A stretch of 64,000 nt of DNA from Histomonas meleagridis 2922-C6/04-290x. Its lineage: Eukaryota; Protista; Parabasalia. Location: positions 124,001-188,000 of the forward strand of contig JAANOX010000207.1 of the NCBI GenBank assembly GCA_020184695.1. The letters are read 5' to 3'. Both the position numbers and the translations under genes were made by a program. The notes under the pieces were generated by a model. It made no database searches. It was not told the DNA's origin and saw only the letters and a program-made list of their open reading frames with translations. Of the stretch, positions 1 to 11,480 are shown one piece after another; position 1 is the stretch's first letter; every line of letters starts with the position of its first letter.

Positions 1-214
1 AGCTCAAACAGAAGAAAAATGGTAATGAGACACAATATGCATTAATAATAATTTTTTTATGATAAAAAATTGGTTTATAGCTTTAAAATGAGTAAAATTT
101 TTGAACTATCAAAAAATTGACCTCCATAGGGATCTGTCCCCCTGATTTCCGAATAAAGCCATTATTCTTTGAAAAAGGAAACAAATTAAAACCGCGCTTT
201 TTTATTTGAATGAA

Positions 215-796
215 TCAAATTAAGTTGCATTTGAAACTCTTCTTCTTCTTAGGTTTAGTTTTTGTTTTCTCTTCTTGAGTTTTTTGAGGACAATTTTGAC
301 AAACAATTTGTCTAGCAAGGGTAACAAATGCTTCTTCGATATTCAGATTCGACAATGCAGAAGTTTCAAAGAAAGATGCACCGAACTTACCTGCAAGCTC
401 TTCGCCTTCGATTTTGCTTATTACTCTTTTGTCTTCAAGATCACATTTATTCCCGCATATAACTATTGGGATTTTGTTTGTTCCTTTTGTTCTTATGATA
501 TCATTATAGAATTCCTCAGCTTCTTCGAAGGATGAACGATCATCAATGGAATAAACAATAATAAATCCTTTTCCTTGTCTCATATAAGAAGTTCGCATTG
601 GTGCAAAGTCACCCTGACCAGCAGTATCAAGAATATCAAGTTGTACATTTTGATCATCGACAAGAAGAACTCTTCGATATGAATCTTCAATTGTAGGATC
701 ATAATCAGTTATGAAATAACCTTGAACAAATTGAATTGTTAGTGCAGATTTACCAACACCACCTGACCCAAAAACAACTATCTTGCAATCAGCCAT
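215..796 (-). CDS. RAS: Ras-family small GTPase
   Basis: GSGGVGKS P-loop, YDPTIEDSY effector loop, DTAGQ, NKCD, ETSA; polybasic tail plus CAAX (CNLI). Confidence 0.95.
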   Translation of the reverse strand: MADCKIVVFGSGGVGKSALTIQFVQGYFITDYDPTIEDSYRRVLLVDDQNVQLDILDTAGQGDFAPMRTSYMRQGKGFIIVYSIDDRSSFEEAEEFYNDIIRTKGTNKIPIVICGNKCDLEDKRVISKIEGEELAGKFGASFFETSALSNLNIEEAFVTLARQIVCQNCPQKTQEEKTKTKPKKKKSFKCNLI

Positions 797-1075
797 AAAA
801 ATAATGATGTGTTAAGTCCATAGAAAATTGTGTATTCAATTTTCAATATAAAACGATTAAAATTGCCAAAAAATGCAACGCTGCAATTTCTGACACGTGC
901 AAATGATGAACAAGGTGTCAAAAAATGCACAATAAACGAGAATGTTGGCAACTAAAAAAATTCAGCTTTTCTCCAGCGTTTTTGCTAAAGAATGGTTTTA
1001 ACGAATCTTTAGTGAGCACAATTCATTAAGATGGAAGAGCAAACATTGTTTGTTTTTAAAAATGTAATTTTTATT

Positions 1076-1612
1076 TTATTTTGACATATTTTCCCACATT
1101 TCCTTGGTCATTACTGAAACATGGCATTTTTTGTATTCATTTAATCGGCTATTGTAATCATTATCAATTGAATGATGATACACAAATCCACTTTTTTCTT
1201 GGACTCTTTTGGACTTTATGTTGCCATCGTGATATTTACACCAAATTTTATTGAGGTGTAATTCCTCAAATCCATAACGTAGCATTTCATTTGTTGCTTC
1301 CGGAATTAAACCTTGTCCCCAAAATGGAACACCAATCCAATACCCGATTTCTCCTTCATTTTCTTCATATAATTCATTATTGAAATGTATTTCGATACAA
1401 CCAACTGGTTTCCCTATTGTTTTAAGTATCACTGCAAAACACCCTTTTGAAGAAAGTATTGTTGTAATACATTCGCGGCTTTCCTCAAGACTTTTATGTG
1501 GTTCCCATCCTGCAGACGGACCAATTCTTGGATCTTTTGCATACTCATACAAAGATTCTGCATCATCAATATTCCAATGCCTTAGTATTAGCCTTTCTGT
1601 CTCTAGTTGCAT
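1076..1612 (-). CDS. GNAT N-acetyltransferase, RimJ/RimL family (bacterial-type)
   Basis: LETERLILR N-terminus, EIGYWIGVPFWGQG acetyl-CoA motif, N..S..V.EK.GF motif. Confidence 0.9.
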   Translation of the reverse strand: MQLETERLILRHWNIDDAESLYEYAKDPRIGPSAGWEPHKSLEESRECITTILSSKGCFAVILKTIGKPVGCIEIHFNNELYEENEGEIGYWIGVPFWGQGLIPEATNEMLRYGFEELHLNKIWCKYHDGNIKSKRVQEKSGFVYHHSIDNDYNSRLNEYKKCHVSVMTKEMWENMSK

Positions 1613-1857
1613 GATTATTTATATTTTTAAAATTATGATTTGGCAAATTAAGCACAGAAAACATGCGACTTTTTGATAATAAATGAAGCAAAAATTGAAT
1701 ATATTTCCAACTATTTATACTGAAAAAGTTTACTCATTTTGAAATTTGTTTCCAGCTGAAAAAAAAAAAAAATTATAATGCAAATAGTAAAAAATATTTT
1801 TTTTTATCAACTTCATAATGAAAAACAAAAATTAATATATGAAAATACAATTTTATT

Positions 1858-3363
1858 TTAGAATGAAAACGAATCTTCTTCATCCGATCCGAAAAATGAA
1901 TCATTTTGATGCCTAATTAGCATTTCGAGTTGCGACTGCATTTCTCTTGCCTGCTCGTTTTCAGGGTCCAATTGCAGAGCGTTTGTGATGTATTCGAGCG
2001 CTTTCTTTAATTCCTTTTTCATTCCGTATATTTCGCTTAATTTTAGCCAATAAAAGAACTCATTCGCATCTTTATATTTCTCCAATATATTTTCTGCGCC
2101 TTCGAAATCGTTTTCTTTTAATTTCATGTCGATCATAGTGTTCAATGCGTCCGTATTATCCGGCGCTTTTTGGAGAGAAAGTTCCAACATCGCAAATGCT
2201 TTCTCTGGATTTCGACCTCTTAAAGCCATCCCCATTAAGCTTAAAGCTTCTGGACCATTTACGGAGTCGATTGGATATAATTTTTGAGCGCTCACTGCAT
2301 AAACTTCTGCGGTTTGCCAATCTTCTAATAAGCAACAACAATTTATGATCGCTGAATATGTATCAATTGACTCTTGGAGTTGTAGAGCTTTAAAATATGA
2401 CGTCAAAGCTTTTCGATAATCATTTCGACGCATTCGAAGATCGCCATGTCGCATATAAGCTCTTTTTGACCTGCCGTCAAGTATAACTGCTTTACGAGAG
2501 GCTTGGATCGCGCGTTGCGCATCGCCAGTCATCTCTAAATAGTAAGAAAATGCAATCCACGAATTCGAATTGTTTTCATCGGTATTTAAAGCGGTTAAAA
2601 CTAATAAATGAAGTTCGGCGCGTTTGTTAAGACACTTAAGACGTGCCGCACGGATGTCAACAATTGTAAGGTCATCTTTTGGTATTAAATCTGCAGTTAT
2701 GTCAAATAAATCTATTTGATTAAGTTGATATGCATTTAGACAAATTTGATTCAAAACACAAACTGGTGGAACCGAACAATGAGGAAATTGAATCTTTTGT
2801 AAACAATTAATGGCATTTTGATATTGGGAATTATATGTGAATTGAAGTGATTGAAGATATAAATGAACTGGACCAAGAGGAATTTGTTTTATGATTTCAT
2901 CAACAGGTGCACCAACGGATAAAAGCTTTTCTACGAGTTCAATAGCATTGGGATATATTTTTAATACTTCAATAAGATGTGGAATTGCAGGATGATTGGG
3001 CGAACGAGCAGAATCTTGAAGAATGTAAGCATCGGCAGCAAGGATATGTAGTTTTGGAGTGAGTTTCCTGTTTGCAAGAAGTGGAAGTAATGTTAAACAA
3101 TTAGTTGCTGAATTTGGCATGTGAAAATAACACAAAAAACGAATTTCTAAGATTTTGTTAAATTCTTCTTCAGTGCAGTTGTTACGAGTTATTGTGTCTA
3201 ATACTTTTATTGCAGAATGATATTGACATAATTTATATAGAGATCGAGCTTTTGTTATAAGTACGGGAGCATTTTGATTAAAAGAAAGAGAAGAAAGCAA
3301 ATCGACTGATTTATATAATCCAAGCTTCATTAGAGGTGCAAATTGGTCATAATTTGCATTCAT
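1858..3363 (-). CDS. TPR protein, anaphase-promoting complex subunit 7-like
   Basis: Multiple TPRs; C-terminal half resembles APC7 from memory (e.g. ALEYITNALQLDPENEQARE). Start placed at MNANYDQ (ATG 3363) rather than 3417, which would overlap the divergent gene. Confidence 0.7.
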   Translation of the reverse strand: MNANYDQFAPLMKLGLYKSVDLLSSLSFNQNAPVLITKARSLYKLCQYHSAIKVLDTITRNNCTEEEFNKILEIRFLCYFHMPNSATNCLTLLPLLANRKLTPKLHILAADAYILQDSARSPNHPAIPHLIEVLKIYPNAIELVEKLLSVGAPVDEIIKQIPLGPVHLYLQSLQFTYNSQYQNAINCLQKIQFPHCSVPPVCVLNQICLNAYQLNQIDLFDITADLIPKDDLTIVDIRAARLKCLNKRAELHLLVLTALNTDENNSNSWIAFSYYLEMTGDAQRAIQASRKAVILDGRSKRAYMRHGDLRMRRNDYRKALTSYFKALQLQESIDTYSAIINCCCLLEDWQTAEVYAVSAQKLYPIDSVNGPEALSLMGMALRGRNPEKAFAMLELSLQKAPDNTDALNTMIDMKLKENDFEGAENILEKYKDANEFFYWLKLSEIYGMKKELKKALEYITNALQLDPENEQAREMQSQLEMLIRHQNDSFFGSDEEDSFSF

Positions 3364-3408
3364 TGGATGGTAAAGAAATGTAAACGTATACGTACAAAAA
3401 CGGTTATT
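3364..3408. promoter_or_regulatory. 45-bp bidirectional promoter
   Basis: Divergent ATGs at 3363 (-) and 3409 (+); central palindrome ACGTATACGT (3384-3393) and an AACGGTTA M3-like motif. Confidence 0.55.
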
Positions 3409-4158
3409 ATGGTACACCCCAGTGATGTTTTTAACCGCTTTGAGCTCTATCGTATGGTTCCAATGTTCGAAGGAATCGAATTTGGGCCTTACTTTATCCC
3501 ATTTATAATTTTACTTGTTGTTAACTTTATAATTGTTTCTTTCAACCTTATTCTTGGTAAGGGAGCTACGTTTGGTGTTAATTTCAAACTTTTCGTTGTA
3601 ACTAAATTATTGATTGTTCCTTCAGCATTTTTTGTTGCTACGCAATTAGGAAAAGAAATAGATTATAAAATCACCTTGTTTGCTGTTTTTACATGGCTTG
3701 GTGATGCTTGCCTTATTTCCAGAAAATTTTCTATTAATGCAATAGGTGCTGCTTGTTTTGCTTTAGGCCATCTTTTATTGAACATTTATTTCCATATTCA
3801 TTGGCTTCAAGTCCCTAAGAAAGATCTATTGATCATACTTCCACTTCCAATCATTTTCCTCCTTATCTTTGTTCCACACTTCCGCTTCCAAAAGATCCGT
3901 GATTATTTTGCGTCATGTTATTTTTGCCTTCTTCTTTATAATTGTGCATGTGCATCTGCCCGAATTTACACGTATCCTATCACGCACCCATCATATCTCA
4001 TGTGCCTCTTTGGATATATTTTCTTTGTGATTTCTGACTCGATCCTTGTTGCGTATGAAATGGGAATGGGATCTAAAAAGCCACATAGGTTTGGCGTGCT
4101 TTCAACATATTATATCGCACAAACACTAATAATTTCTGGTTCTGTTCTTGCTTTGTAA
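3409..4158 (+). CDS. YhhN/TMEM86 (lysoplasmalogenase-like) membrane protein
   Basis: LGDACL, FALGH, FFVISDSIL and TYYIAQ motifs; many hydrophobic helices; first plausible ATG at 3409 (track start is TTG). Confidence 0.8.
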   Translation: MVHPSDVFNRFELYRMVPMFEGIEFGPYFIPFIILLVVNFIIVSFNLILGKGATFGVNFKLFVVTKLLIVPSAFFVATQLGKEIDYKITLFAVFTWLGDACLISRKFSINAIGAACFALGHLLLNIYFHIHWLQVPKKDLLIILPLPIIFLLIFVPHFRFQKIRDYFASCYFCLLLYNCACASARIYTYPITHPSYLMCLFGYIFFVISDSILVAYEMGMGSKKPHRFGVLSTYYIAQTLIISGSVLAL

Positions 4159-4599
4159 GCTTAAATAAATAGGACTTTCATTATATTTGATTTTACTTCA
4201 TTGTTGAAACAACAAATAACTGTACTTTAGGTATAAATATATCAAATTTAATTGTAATAAGAATGACAATACAGGTTTCATTAGCTTGTCGTACTTCAGA
4301 TTTTTCATGTTGGTTTATTTTAATTTTATATCTGTGTTTGGTTATTCACGATGAAGAATTTTTTGAATATTTAATAAAAAAACGTCGAAAAGCGGAATAA
4401 CAGAATCATTGCTGTTTTCTTTCCGTTTCTTCTGAAGAATTATTTTATCTTCTTCATAAAATGATCGAAAATTGATTCGTTAAATCGAATATATGTCAAT
4501 ATAAAAAGAGAATATATTTTGCGCATTATTTACCAATTGAAGAATTAAATTATATTATAGAAATTTCTATAATTAGCCATCGTGTAAAGTTTTCTTTCA

Positions 4600-4950
4600 A
4601 AACATTACTAAACTTTCCAAAAATAATTGGGAACTTCATAAGAAATAAATTGAAAAAGGACATAATCCAAATAAAATTGCGAAAATAATTCGAAATGAAA
4701 TTGAAAAAATTCAAGAAATTTCATCACAAACAAAATTTGATTATAATCAAACAATTGAAAGACATTCATTAATTAATTAATTGGTGTCTTATTTATTAGT
4801 TATGCAGCATTTTTCGGATCAATAAAATGTTTTAGAGATTTACTTATGAATAATGCAGATATAACATACACCAGTCAATATGCATATACAAGTGGAAATG
4901 AAGATATATATAATTCATTTATTTAAACAAAATCATTCATCATTTTTCTA
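4600..4950 (+). pseudogene. DUF3447-ankyrin family fragment
   Basis: Degraded match to the paralogues in this window (ELHKK..KGHNPNKIAKIIRN, FDYNQTIE, YAAFFGS) with stops and frameshifts. Confidence 0.75.
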
Positions 4951-5289
4951 AAATGTGCAATTGAATTTCATTGAAATGATCTTTCATTATGTTTATGAGA
5001 ATAAATTAGAGAATAATAAAAATTTAGTAGCATTAGGAAAAAAATGTATAGAGTTTAATAATTATGATATCATAATTAAGTACTTTTGTTACTTTTGTTT
5101 TTATTTGATGATGGAATGAAGCAATTATCATCGAATCAATCGAAAATGGAAATTTATTTTTTACACAATATTTTCTGATGAAAAATCCAATCACAATAGA
5201 TTTTCTGAAAATCAAATCGATTTGGATTTCTGGAAATAATGAACTTTTAGAGTTTCTTATTAATAAAAAATATATTGATTGTAATCAAA

Positions 5290-5830
5290 AAATTGTTAAT
5301 GTATATGAAAATGATAATGAAAATGAAATATCACTTTGAAGTAATGAAGTAAATGTATTCGAATTAGAAAATGTATTTGATTGACTAAATGAATATAATT
5401 TTGAGAATGAAAATGAATCTGAGTTGGTTCATGGTTTTGATTTTGTAAATGTATTCTATTGACTAAACGAATGTGTTGGAAGTAGTTCAAATGTTCCTAC
5501 TGTATATGATTTGTCAACATCTAAATTTCCAAATTTACTGTCCGCATTTGTTGAATATGTGATAACACTTGTTGAAACATTATAAAATGCACTTCAACCA
5601 ATTATGGTTCTTTCTCTTTATAATAATAAATACATTGAAGTTGATAACAATTCCCAAATGCTGAGCTTCCAATTTTTATCTTGTATTCCATATCCAATTG
5701 TTAATATGATTAAATTAGAACATGATGCAAATGCATAACTTTCAATTGTTGTATCTGAATTTGGAATTATAATGTTTTTGATTGATGAACAGAATGAAAA
5801 TGTTGAAACACCAATCTAATTTTTGGGTAA
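5290..5830 (-). pseudogene. BspA-like LRR surface-protein fragment
   Basis: Minus strand gives IIIPNSDTTIESYAFASCSNL-type LRR and SNTF/TNSF stalk repeats, broken by stops. Confidence 0.7.
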
Positions 5831-6448
5831 TGATATTAAAAGAATATTCAAAATATCTAATTTATAAAAAATGAATTGCTATTGAATAATAAGTATAAGA
5901 ATTAAAAAATAAAAAAAAATTTTGTTTTAATAAAAGAACAAAGTATAAAGAAAAAAATTAACAAAAAAATGGAATCATATTAGTATATATGGGATCTCTC
6001 CAGATAACATGAAATATAGAAAAAATGGCCAGCGCGAAACACATGTTAACATGTTAACACACAGGCGAGAAAGGAAAAAAGTAAATCATTAAATTCTAAA
6101 TAGATGAAATGTCAAAAACATAAAAATAAGAATTTTGAAACAAAAAAATCAGAATTGATAAAAACATCATTTTTTATTAAAGGTACACATTGGTAATTCA
6201 AATATATGAATCAAATCATATCTTATGCGGAGTGAAACTTCTTATCCGTATCAGATGTTATAATTTCGATAAGAAGTGAATGAACAAATTTAATGAAATA
6301 TAAAAAAAATTGAATCGTTATAAACATTATGATTGAACTAATTTTCCAAAATTTTGTTTTGAAATGTTTTGGTATGTAAAATTTGAACCGAAAAAGTTAA
6401 GCAAATGCGTATTTCAAAAATAAGAAAAAGTGATAATTAGATTCAGAA

Positions 6449-6808
6449 TTAATTGCTGGATTCTTCCTCTTCTTCAAGCTCTGCAAATTCAATAGGCATA
6501 TAATACCCACAAACATGGATAGGACAATTCCCTTGATTTTCAAAAGATCCTCGTATCATTTGATAATGGAAAGATGAATGCTCTTTTTTATTTGGAACAA
6601 GTGTTGTCAATAAACCAAGTTTGCTCTGACCATTATCTAACATATTTGAATGAGATTTCACGTATAAACGAGATGGTTTTTGATCCTGGGGATCAACAAT
6701 TGTTGCATTAGTAACATGTAAATAGAATCCATAAGGAATTTCTACTGGAATAGTTCCATTTGGTGGAACTGATACACCAAAAAAGGTGTGATTTGTGTTC
6801 ACTAGCAT
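6449..6808 (-). CDS. Stand-alone nucleoplasmin-like (NPL) domain protein
   Basis: FFGVSV...LHVTNAT...LLTTL...IHVCGYY pattern plus acidic tail EEEEE; TCACT initiator before ATG 6808. Confidence 0.7.
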   Translation of the reverse strand: MLVNTNHTFFGVSVPPNGTIPVEIPYGFYLHVTNATIVDPQDQKPSRLYVKSHSNMLDNGQSKLGLLTTLVPNKKEHSSFHYQMIRGSFENQGNCPIHVCGYYMPIEFAELEEEEESSN

Positions 6809-7676
6809 GCTGTCTTTGAGTGAAAAAAATAACAATAACAGTCAAAAAATTCGTAAATCTCAGAAAATTGGGGTATCGTTAAGACATAAACCCACTTTTC
6901 AAACAACAATATCTTGGAACCAAAAAATAATTTATTAATTCTTTTGTAGTAAAATGTGTAACAGTATTTTTGTTTTTTAAATATCAATTACTTGTGGAAA
7001 AAAATGAAATTTTTAATTCATCTCGTCGAACTATTAGATTCATTTAAAATTTGTTATCTTTTTTTTTTTTTTGATTATTAAGACTCGTATCAAAATTTTG
7101 ATTTTGGCCAATGTAATTTATTTGTCATACTATTATCTTGCTAAATTTTTTTGTAATTCAGAGTTATAGGAGATCTATTCATTTTAAAATCATGAAAACT
7201 AAAATAATCATCTTGAAAGATATATTTTATTAAAAACATTTATTCAATTTTTAGTGAGATATTTTTATTTAAAAAATCAATTTTATTTGCTCAGACCCCT
7301 TTTTTACGTCAATAAAGTGTCGCCATGCAAATTTTTAAAAAAATTTTTGTAAACCATCATTCATACATGTTTTTATGATACCTGTTTTGATGCAACAGAA
7401 AATTTCAGGAATATGTTCCCATAAATGAATAATCTCAAAATTTTACCATGCAATAGTATATTTACCTAAATTATCTACATTCACACTATTTGTACAAAAT
7501 ATTTTGCACACCAAAACATGCTGTATAAGCAATTAATGAATCAATTATTTTTTTTTCAAACTAAAACATGTCATGATGAAATACATGGAAGTCAGTTTCA
7601 TTGTCCATTTCTTATTAATAAACAAAATGAAAATTTTAATGCATAAAAATGGTTTTTATTAATATGTATAACAAGT

Positions 7677-8171
7677 TTAAATAATTATGGATAAAAATCC
7701 TAAAATCGCGACTAAACAATGAGCAAATTGTCCAATATTTTGCTGAAAAATTGGAATATTATCGTACTTTTCTATCAATAAAATATATCCAAATGTCGAA
7801 CTGAGAGAAACAACAAATCCAATGAATTGAAATGCAGTAAATGGCAAAGAAATTAAAACTAATGATGCGAGAAGTGCCATCCCTTCAACAACAAATACCT
7901 TCTGATTTCCAGGGCCGCCCACAGTTTGAGGGATTGCTAAGTTTCGAAGTTCTGGTTCTTCAAGAAATATTTGAGCTGGGTTTGTGTAAACAGGATTTGG
8001 ATTTCTAATTATGTACCTGTCGATGACATACCTAAAAAATGGTATTACTGTTCGAATTGGAGAATAATATTTACCGGCATAATATCCCCATGGAAGAGAG
8101 CTTGTTATTACCATGAGAAATACAAAAATTATACACCTAAAAATAGGATGAATCTTAAATTTAATTGTCAT
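7677..8171 (-). CDS. Hypothetical multi-pass membrane protein
   Basis: 164-aa ORF with about four hydrophobic segments; no family recognised. Confidence 0.65.
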   Translation of the reverse strand: MTIKFKIHPIFRCIIFVFLMVITSSLPWGYYAGKYYSPIRTVIPFFRYVIDRYIIRNPNPVYTNPAQIFLEEPELRNLAIPQTVGGPGNQKVFVVEGMALLASLVLISLPFTAFQFIGFVVSLSSTFGYILLIEKYDNIPIFQQNIGQFAHCLVAILGFLSIII

Positions 8172-8349
8172 TTTTGTTCTGCCAGAAGAATAAATTGGTC
8201 AATCTCGTTATACAAAAAACCGTTTAATCAAATAGGAAGCCGTTTATTTTGTTGGTGACAAAATAAGCCAAAAACACTTCAGCAATGCATTTTACAGAAT
8301 GATACGAAATAAAAAATTACTTTATTTTATAAATTTACAAAAATCATAT

Positions 8350-9219
8350 TCAACATTTCAAGAATTCATTGACATCTATAACTTTGTCAATTAGTTTTGG
8401 ATTCAATATCTGATCTACTGACATTGGCAGCGCAAGCTCGCTCATCTCTAATTCTTTAGTTCGTTGTAGTACAGCAAACACTGAACTAACTGTTCGAATA
8501 GCAATAGTTTCAAAATCGTTTCCCAAATTAATCATATTAGCAACAAGGATACCAACAAACAAGTCGCCTGCACCACAAAACTTTTGAGAAATTGTTGGCA
8601 TTTCAATGACAATTTGTTTATTTCCATTTTCAAATGAAAAGAACACATAGCGTTTGGACAATTGATCAGTGTTTTTGATGACAACGTTCTTAATACCATA
8701 TGAATGAAGCTTTTTTACGATAGCTAATAATTCAATCGGATTATTCATCGGTAATTGAGTGATTTGTTTAGCCTCAAACGAATTAGGCACAATGGTTTCG
8801 GCTAATGGTAATAATTTTTGTTGGAAATTTAAAACATTTTGAGGAACATAAAAACCTTTGCTATTACCAAGAATAGGATCAAAAATATAATGAACGTGCG
8901 GGTTCTTTTTAAGGAAATTTTCTACTTCATTAAATATAAATTCTTCTTTGATGTATCCTGTGATAACATGAGTAATGTTAGGTGAAATTTCATTTTTTTC
9001 TAAGTCATCAAAAATTGCTTTAAGCTCACTTTCACTAAGGGCACTTCCTTTTGCAACAGGATATCCACAATGATTTGATAATTGTATGAGATTTAATGGG
9101 TCAACATTAATTCCATGTAATTCAATTGCGAAAACTATTGATTTGTTTCCAACGTAGCCATGAACAACATAGCTATTAATTGATAATACCAAAGGTTTTG
9201 TTTTTGGGATTCTTTCCAT
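8350..9219 (-). CDS. pdxK: Pyridoxal kinase (PfkB/ribokinase superfamily)
   Basis: VLSINSYVVHGYVGN, LSNHCGY, DPILG, PNSFEA, GAGDLF motifs. Confidence 0.93.
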   Translation of the reverse strand: MERIPKTKPLVLSINSYVVHGYVGNKSIVFAIELHGINVDPLNLIQLSNHCGYPVAKGSALSESELKAIFDDLEKNEISPNITHVITGYIKEEFIFNEVENFLKKNPHVHYIFDPILGNSKGFYVPQNVLNFQQKLLPLAETIVPNSFEAKQITQLPMNNPIELLAIVKKLHSYGIKNVVIKNTDQLSKRYVFFSFENGNKQIVIEMPTISQKFCGAGDLFVGILVANMINLGNDFETIAIRTVSSVFAVLQRTKELEMSELALPMSVDQILNPKLIDKVIDVNEFLKC

Positions 9220-9439
9220 TGGTCCAATAAGGGAACGTTTATTAATAAACGTAAAACAAAAAGTTTTTTGTCAGAAGGAAAGAAGGAAAACGAATAAGAA
9301 TCTAAAAATCTTCAAATTTCATAAAATCTCAATGTGTTCAACACTTCACTCTTTTGAATAATTTCATGTAACTTGGGGAAGATGAACTTTTTTTGCACGA
9401 AAAGTGACAGTATCAAAGACGTTTAATTTTTATTTATCT

Positions 9440-11002
9440 ATGAGTTCAAAGGGAGTTGATTCCCTCTCAAACTCAGATAGAATCAATTTATTAAAACAAA
9501 GGCTTGCAGGAAATGATAACATTGATAGCAATACATCCAATCAACAACATGATCAGAGTTCTATTCACACAATTCCAAGTGAACAATTAAAATTTCACAG
9601 ACCTCCATCTGAATTTATAGTAGAACAACAAACCCCATGTAAAATATCCAAAGACATACAAAGAAGCATAAAATCAGTCGAAGAACACAAAAAAATTGAT
9701 GAAATAGCAATTCGTTCCCAAGTAGAAAAAGAACTTCGTGAAGAATACGAAGGCAAATTCTCAAGAATCAAAGATTGCCTCGTTGAATATGTTTCAAAAT
9801 ATACCGTATTAAATGAAGAAATGAAATCTATCGAAATGATTCAACAACAACAAAAACTTGGAAATATAAATACATATCTGAATGGCACAGCGCGATGGCA
9901 TGGTGGTATTGATGTCATGCGTACTGAACGTGAGATTGAGAACATAAATCAAAAAATCAAAGAAATCGATGATATTAAAAAAGAAAAAGGAAATAACACA
10001 CAGAATCTCCAAGCCAAAAAGTCTGTCCTTACCACTAGTCTTAAAGAAAACAAACAAAAGCTACATCAACTCGAAGAAGAACGTAAGAGATTTGCCTATC
10101 AGATCAGATTTGAAAACGACAAATCTCTTTCAGAGTTCCGTCCGACACAGTACCTCGATGAAGGCAAGTATCTCCTTGTAGAATACATCGGGCGTGGAGG
10201 ATTCTCCGAAGTTTGGCTCGCTTTGGACACCAAAGATGCCAAAACCGTCGCTATCAAAATTCAAAGGATGGACCCCCAATGGTCCCAAAGTGTCAAAGCC
10301 AATTTTATCAGGCATAGTGGGCGTGAGATTGAGATTCTTCGTTCGACCCAACACGAGAATGTAGTATCATTTTATGGGCATTTTTATATTGGCGATGATA
10401 CTGTTGCATTAGTAATGGAATATTGTTCCGGTGGAGATTTAGCAGAAATGATCCGTAAACGAGGAAGAATTCCTGAGAAAGAAGCCAAGTTAATACTTGC
10501 TCAAGTTATACAAGGACTTTTAGCACTACGAGCGAAAGAAAATTATGTAATTCATTACGATTTAAAACCAGGAAATATCCTTTTTAACAATGACGGCATA
10601 GTGAAGATAACTGATTTCGGGTTGTCTAAGATTAGAGAAGGAGACGAAAGTGCAATTGAACTTACATCACAAGGAACAGGAACATATTACTATGCTGCGC
10701 CTGAAACATTCCAAAGAGGAAAGGCTGTGCTGATTACACCGTCAGTTGACACATGGTCTCTCGGTATCATATTTTATGAAATGCTATTTGGTCAAAGGCC
10801 ATTTGGTGAAGACGTATCACAGCAAACATTTGCATCACAGATAGATCGGATGAATGGTAAAATTACGTATCCACAGGGCATAAAAGTTTCAGATGCAGCA
10901 AAAAATTTCATTTCTATGTGTCTGGATAGAAACCCAAGCTCAAGGCCTGTACTTGAAGAAGTGGCGAAAAATGGGTATATACAACCATTGCTGGCAACAT
11001 GA
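9440..11002 (+). CDS. TLK: Tousled-like Ser/Thr kinase
   Basis: Coiled coil then kinase with GRGGFSEV, IHYDLKPGNIL, ELTSQGTGTY, typical of TLK; ATG at 9440 (track start is GTG). Confidence 0.92.
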   Translation: MSSKGVDSLSNSDRINLLKQRLAGNDNIDSNTSNQQHDQSSIHTIPSEQLKFHRPPSEFIVEQQTPCKISKDIQRSIKSVEEHKKIDEIAIRSQVEKELREEYEGKFSRIKDCLVEYVSKYTVLNEEMKSIEMIQQQQKLGNINTYLNGTARWHGGIDVMRTEREIENINQKIKEIDDIKKEKGNNTQNLQAKKSVLTTSLKENKQKLHQLEEERKRFAYQIRFENDKSLSEFRPTQYLDEGKYLLVEYIGRGGFSEVWLALDTKDAKTVAIKIQRMDPQWSQSVKANFIRHSGREIEILRSTQHENVVSFYGHFYIGDDTVALVMEYCSGGDLAEMIRKRGRIPEKEAKLILAQVIQGLLALRAKENYVIHYDLKPGNILFNNDGIVKITDFGLSKIREGDESAIELTSQGTGTYYYAAPETFQRGKAVLITPSVDTWSLGIIFYEMLFGQRPFGEDVSQQTFASQIDRMNGKITYPQGIKVSDAAKNFISMCLDRNPSSRPVLEEVAKNGYIQPLLAT

Positions 11003-11480
11003 ATTTATGAAAAAAAAATGTTTGTATATAATTTTATTATTTAGATTTTTTTGAATAAAAAGTTTAAAATTTGTAACTTTTATAGGTAAGTGAAATGATT
11101 TGGAATTGAATTAATACATTAAAAAATATTTTTAAAAAAATTTGCTGATACTTTTAGAAATGTATCCAAGCAATTTAATATATTTGAAGTTGAGTAATTG
11201 GAGTGTTGCGGTGTGTAAAACTAAACTAATAATAATCAACATGTTGATTTTTGGAATGATTGTTTTTTAGTATACTAATTTGTGACTTGATTTTATTTGA
11301 ATAAAAATAAATAATGCCAATTTCGGAGATTTGTTGGTAAAATATATAGTAATAAATCGGGATTTTTCCATTTTTTCATTTTAGTCTTTCGTTCTGACGG
11401 CGAACGTTTTAAAAAACGGTTGAAATTTGAATCTTTGGGGGATATTTTTCAATACTTTATTTGTAGAATTGACCAAATAA

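Noticed and set aside
275-535. Short antisense or overlapping ORFs in the track (also 1380, 2145, 7971, 9809, 11381, 13114, 14152-14789, 15434-15894, 24817, 43960, 58069, 60150 and others)
   Set aside because: Shadows of real genes on the other strand or frame, low-complexity, no recognisable motifs
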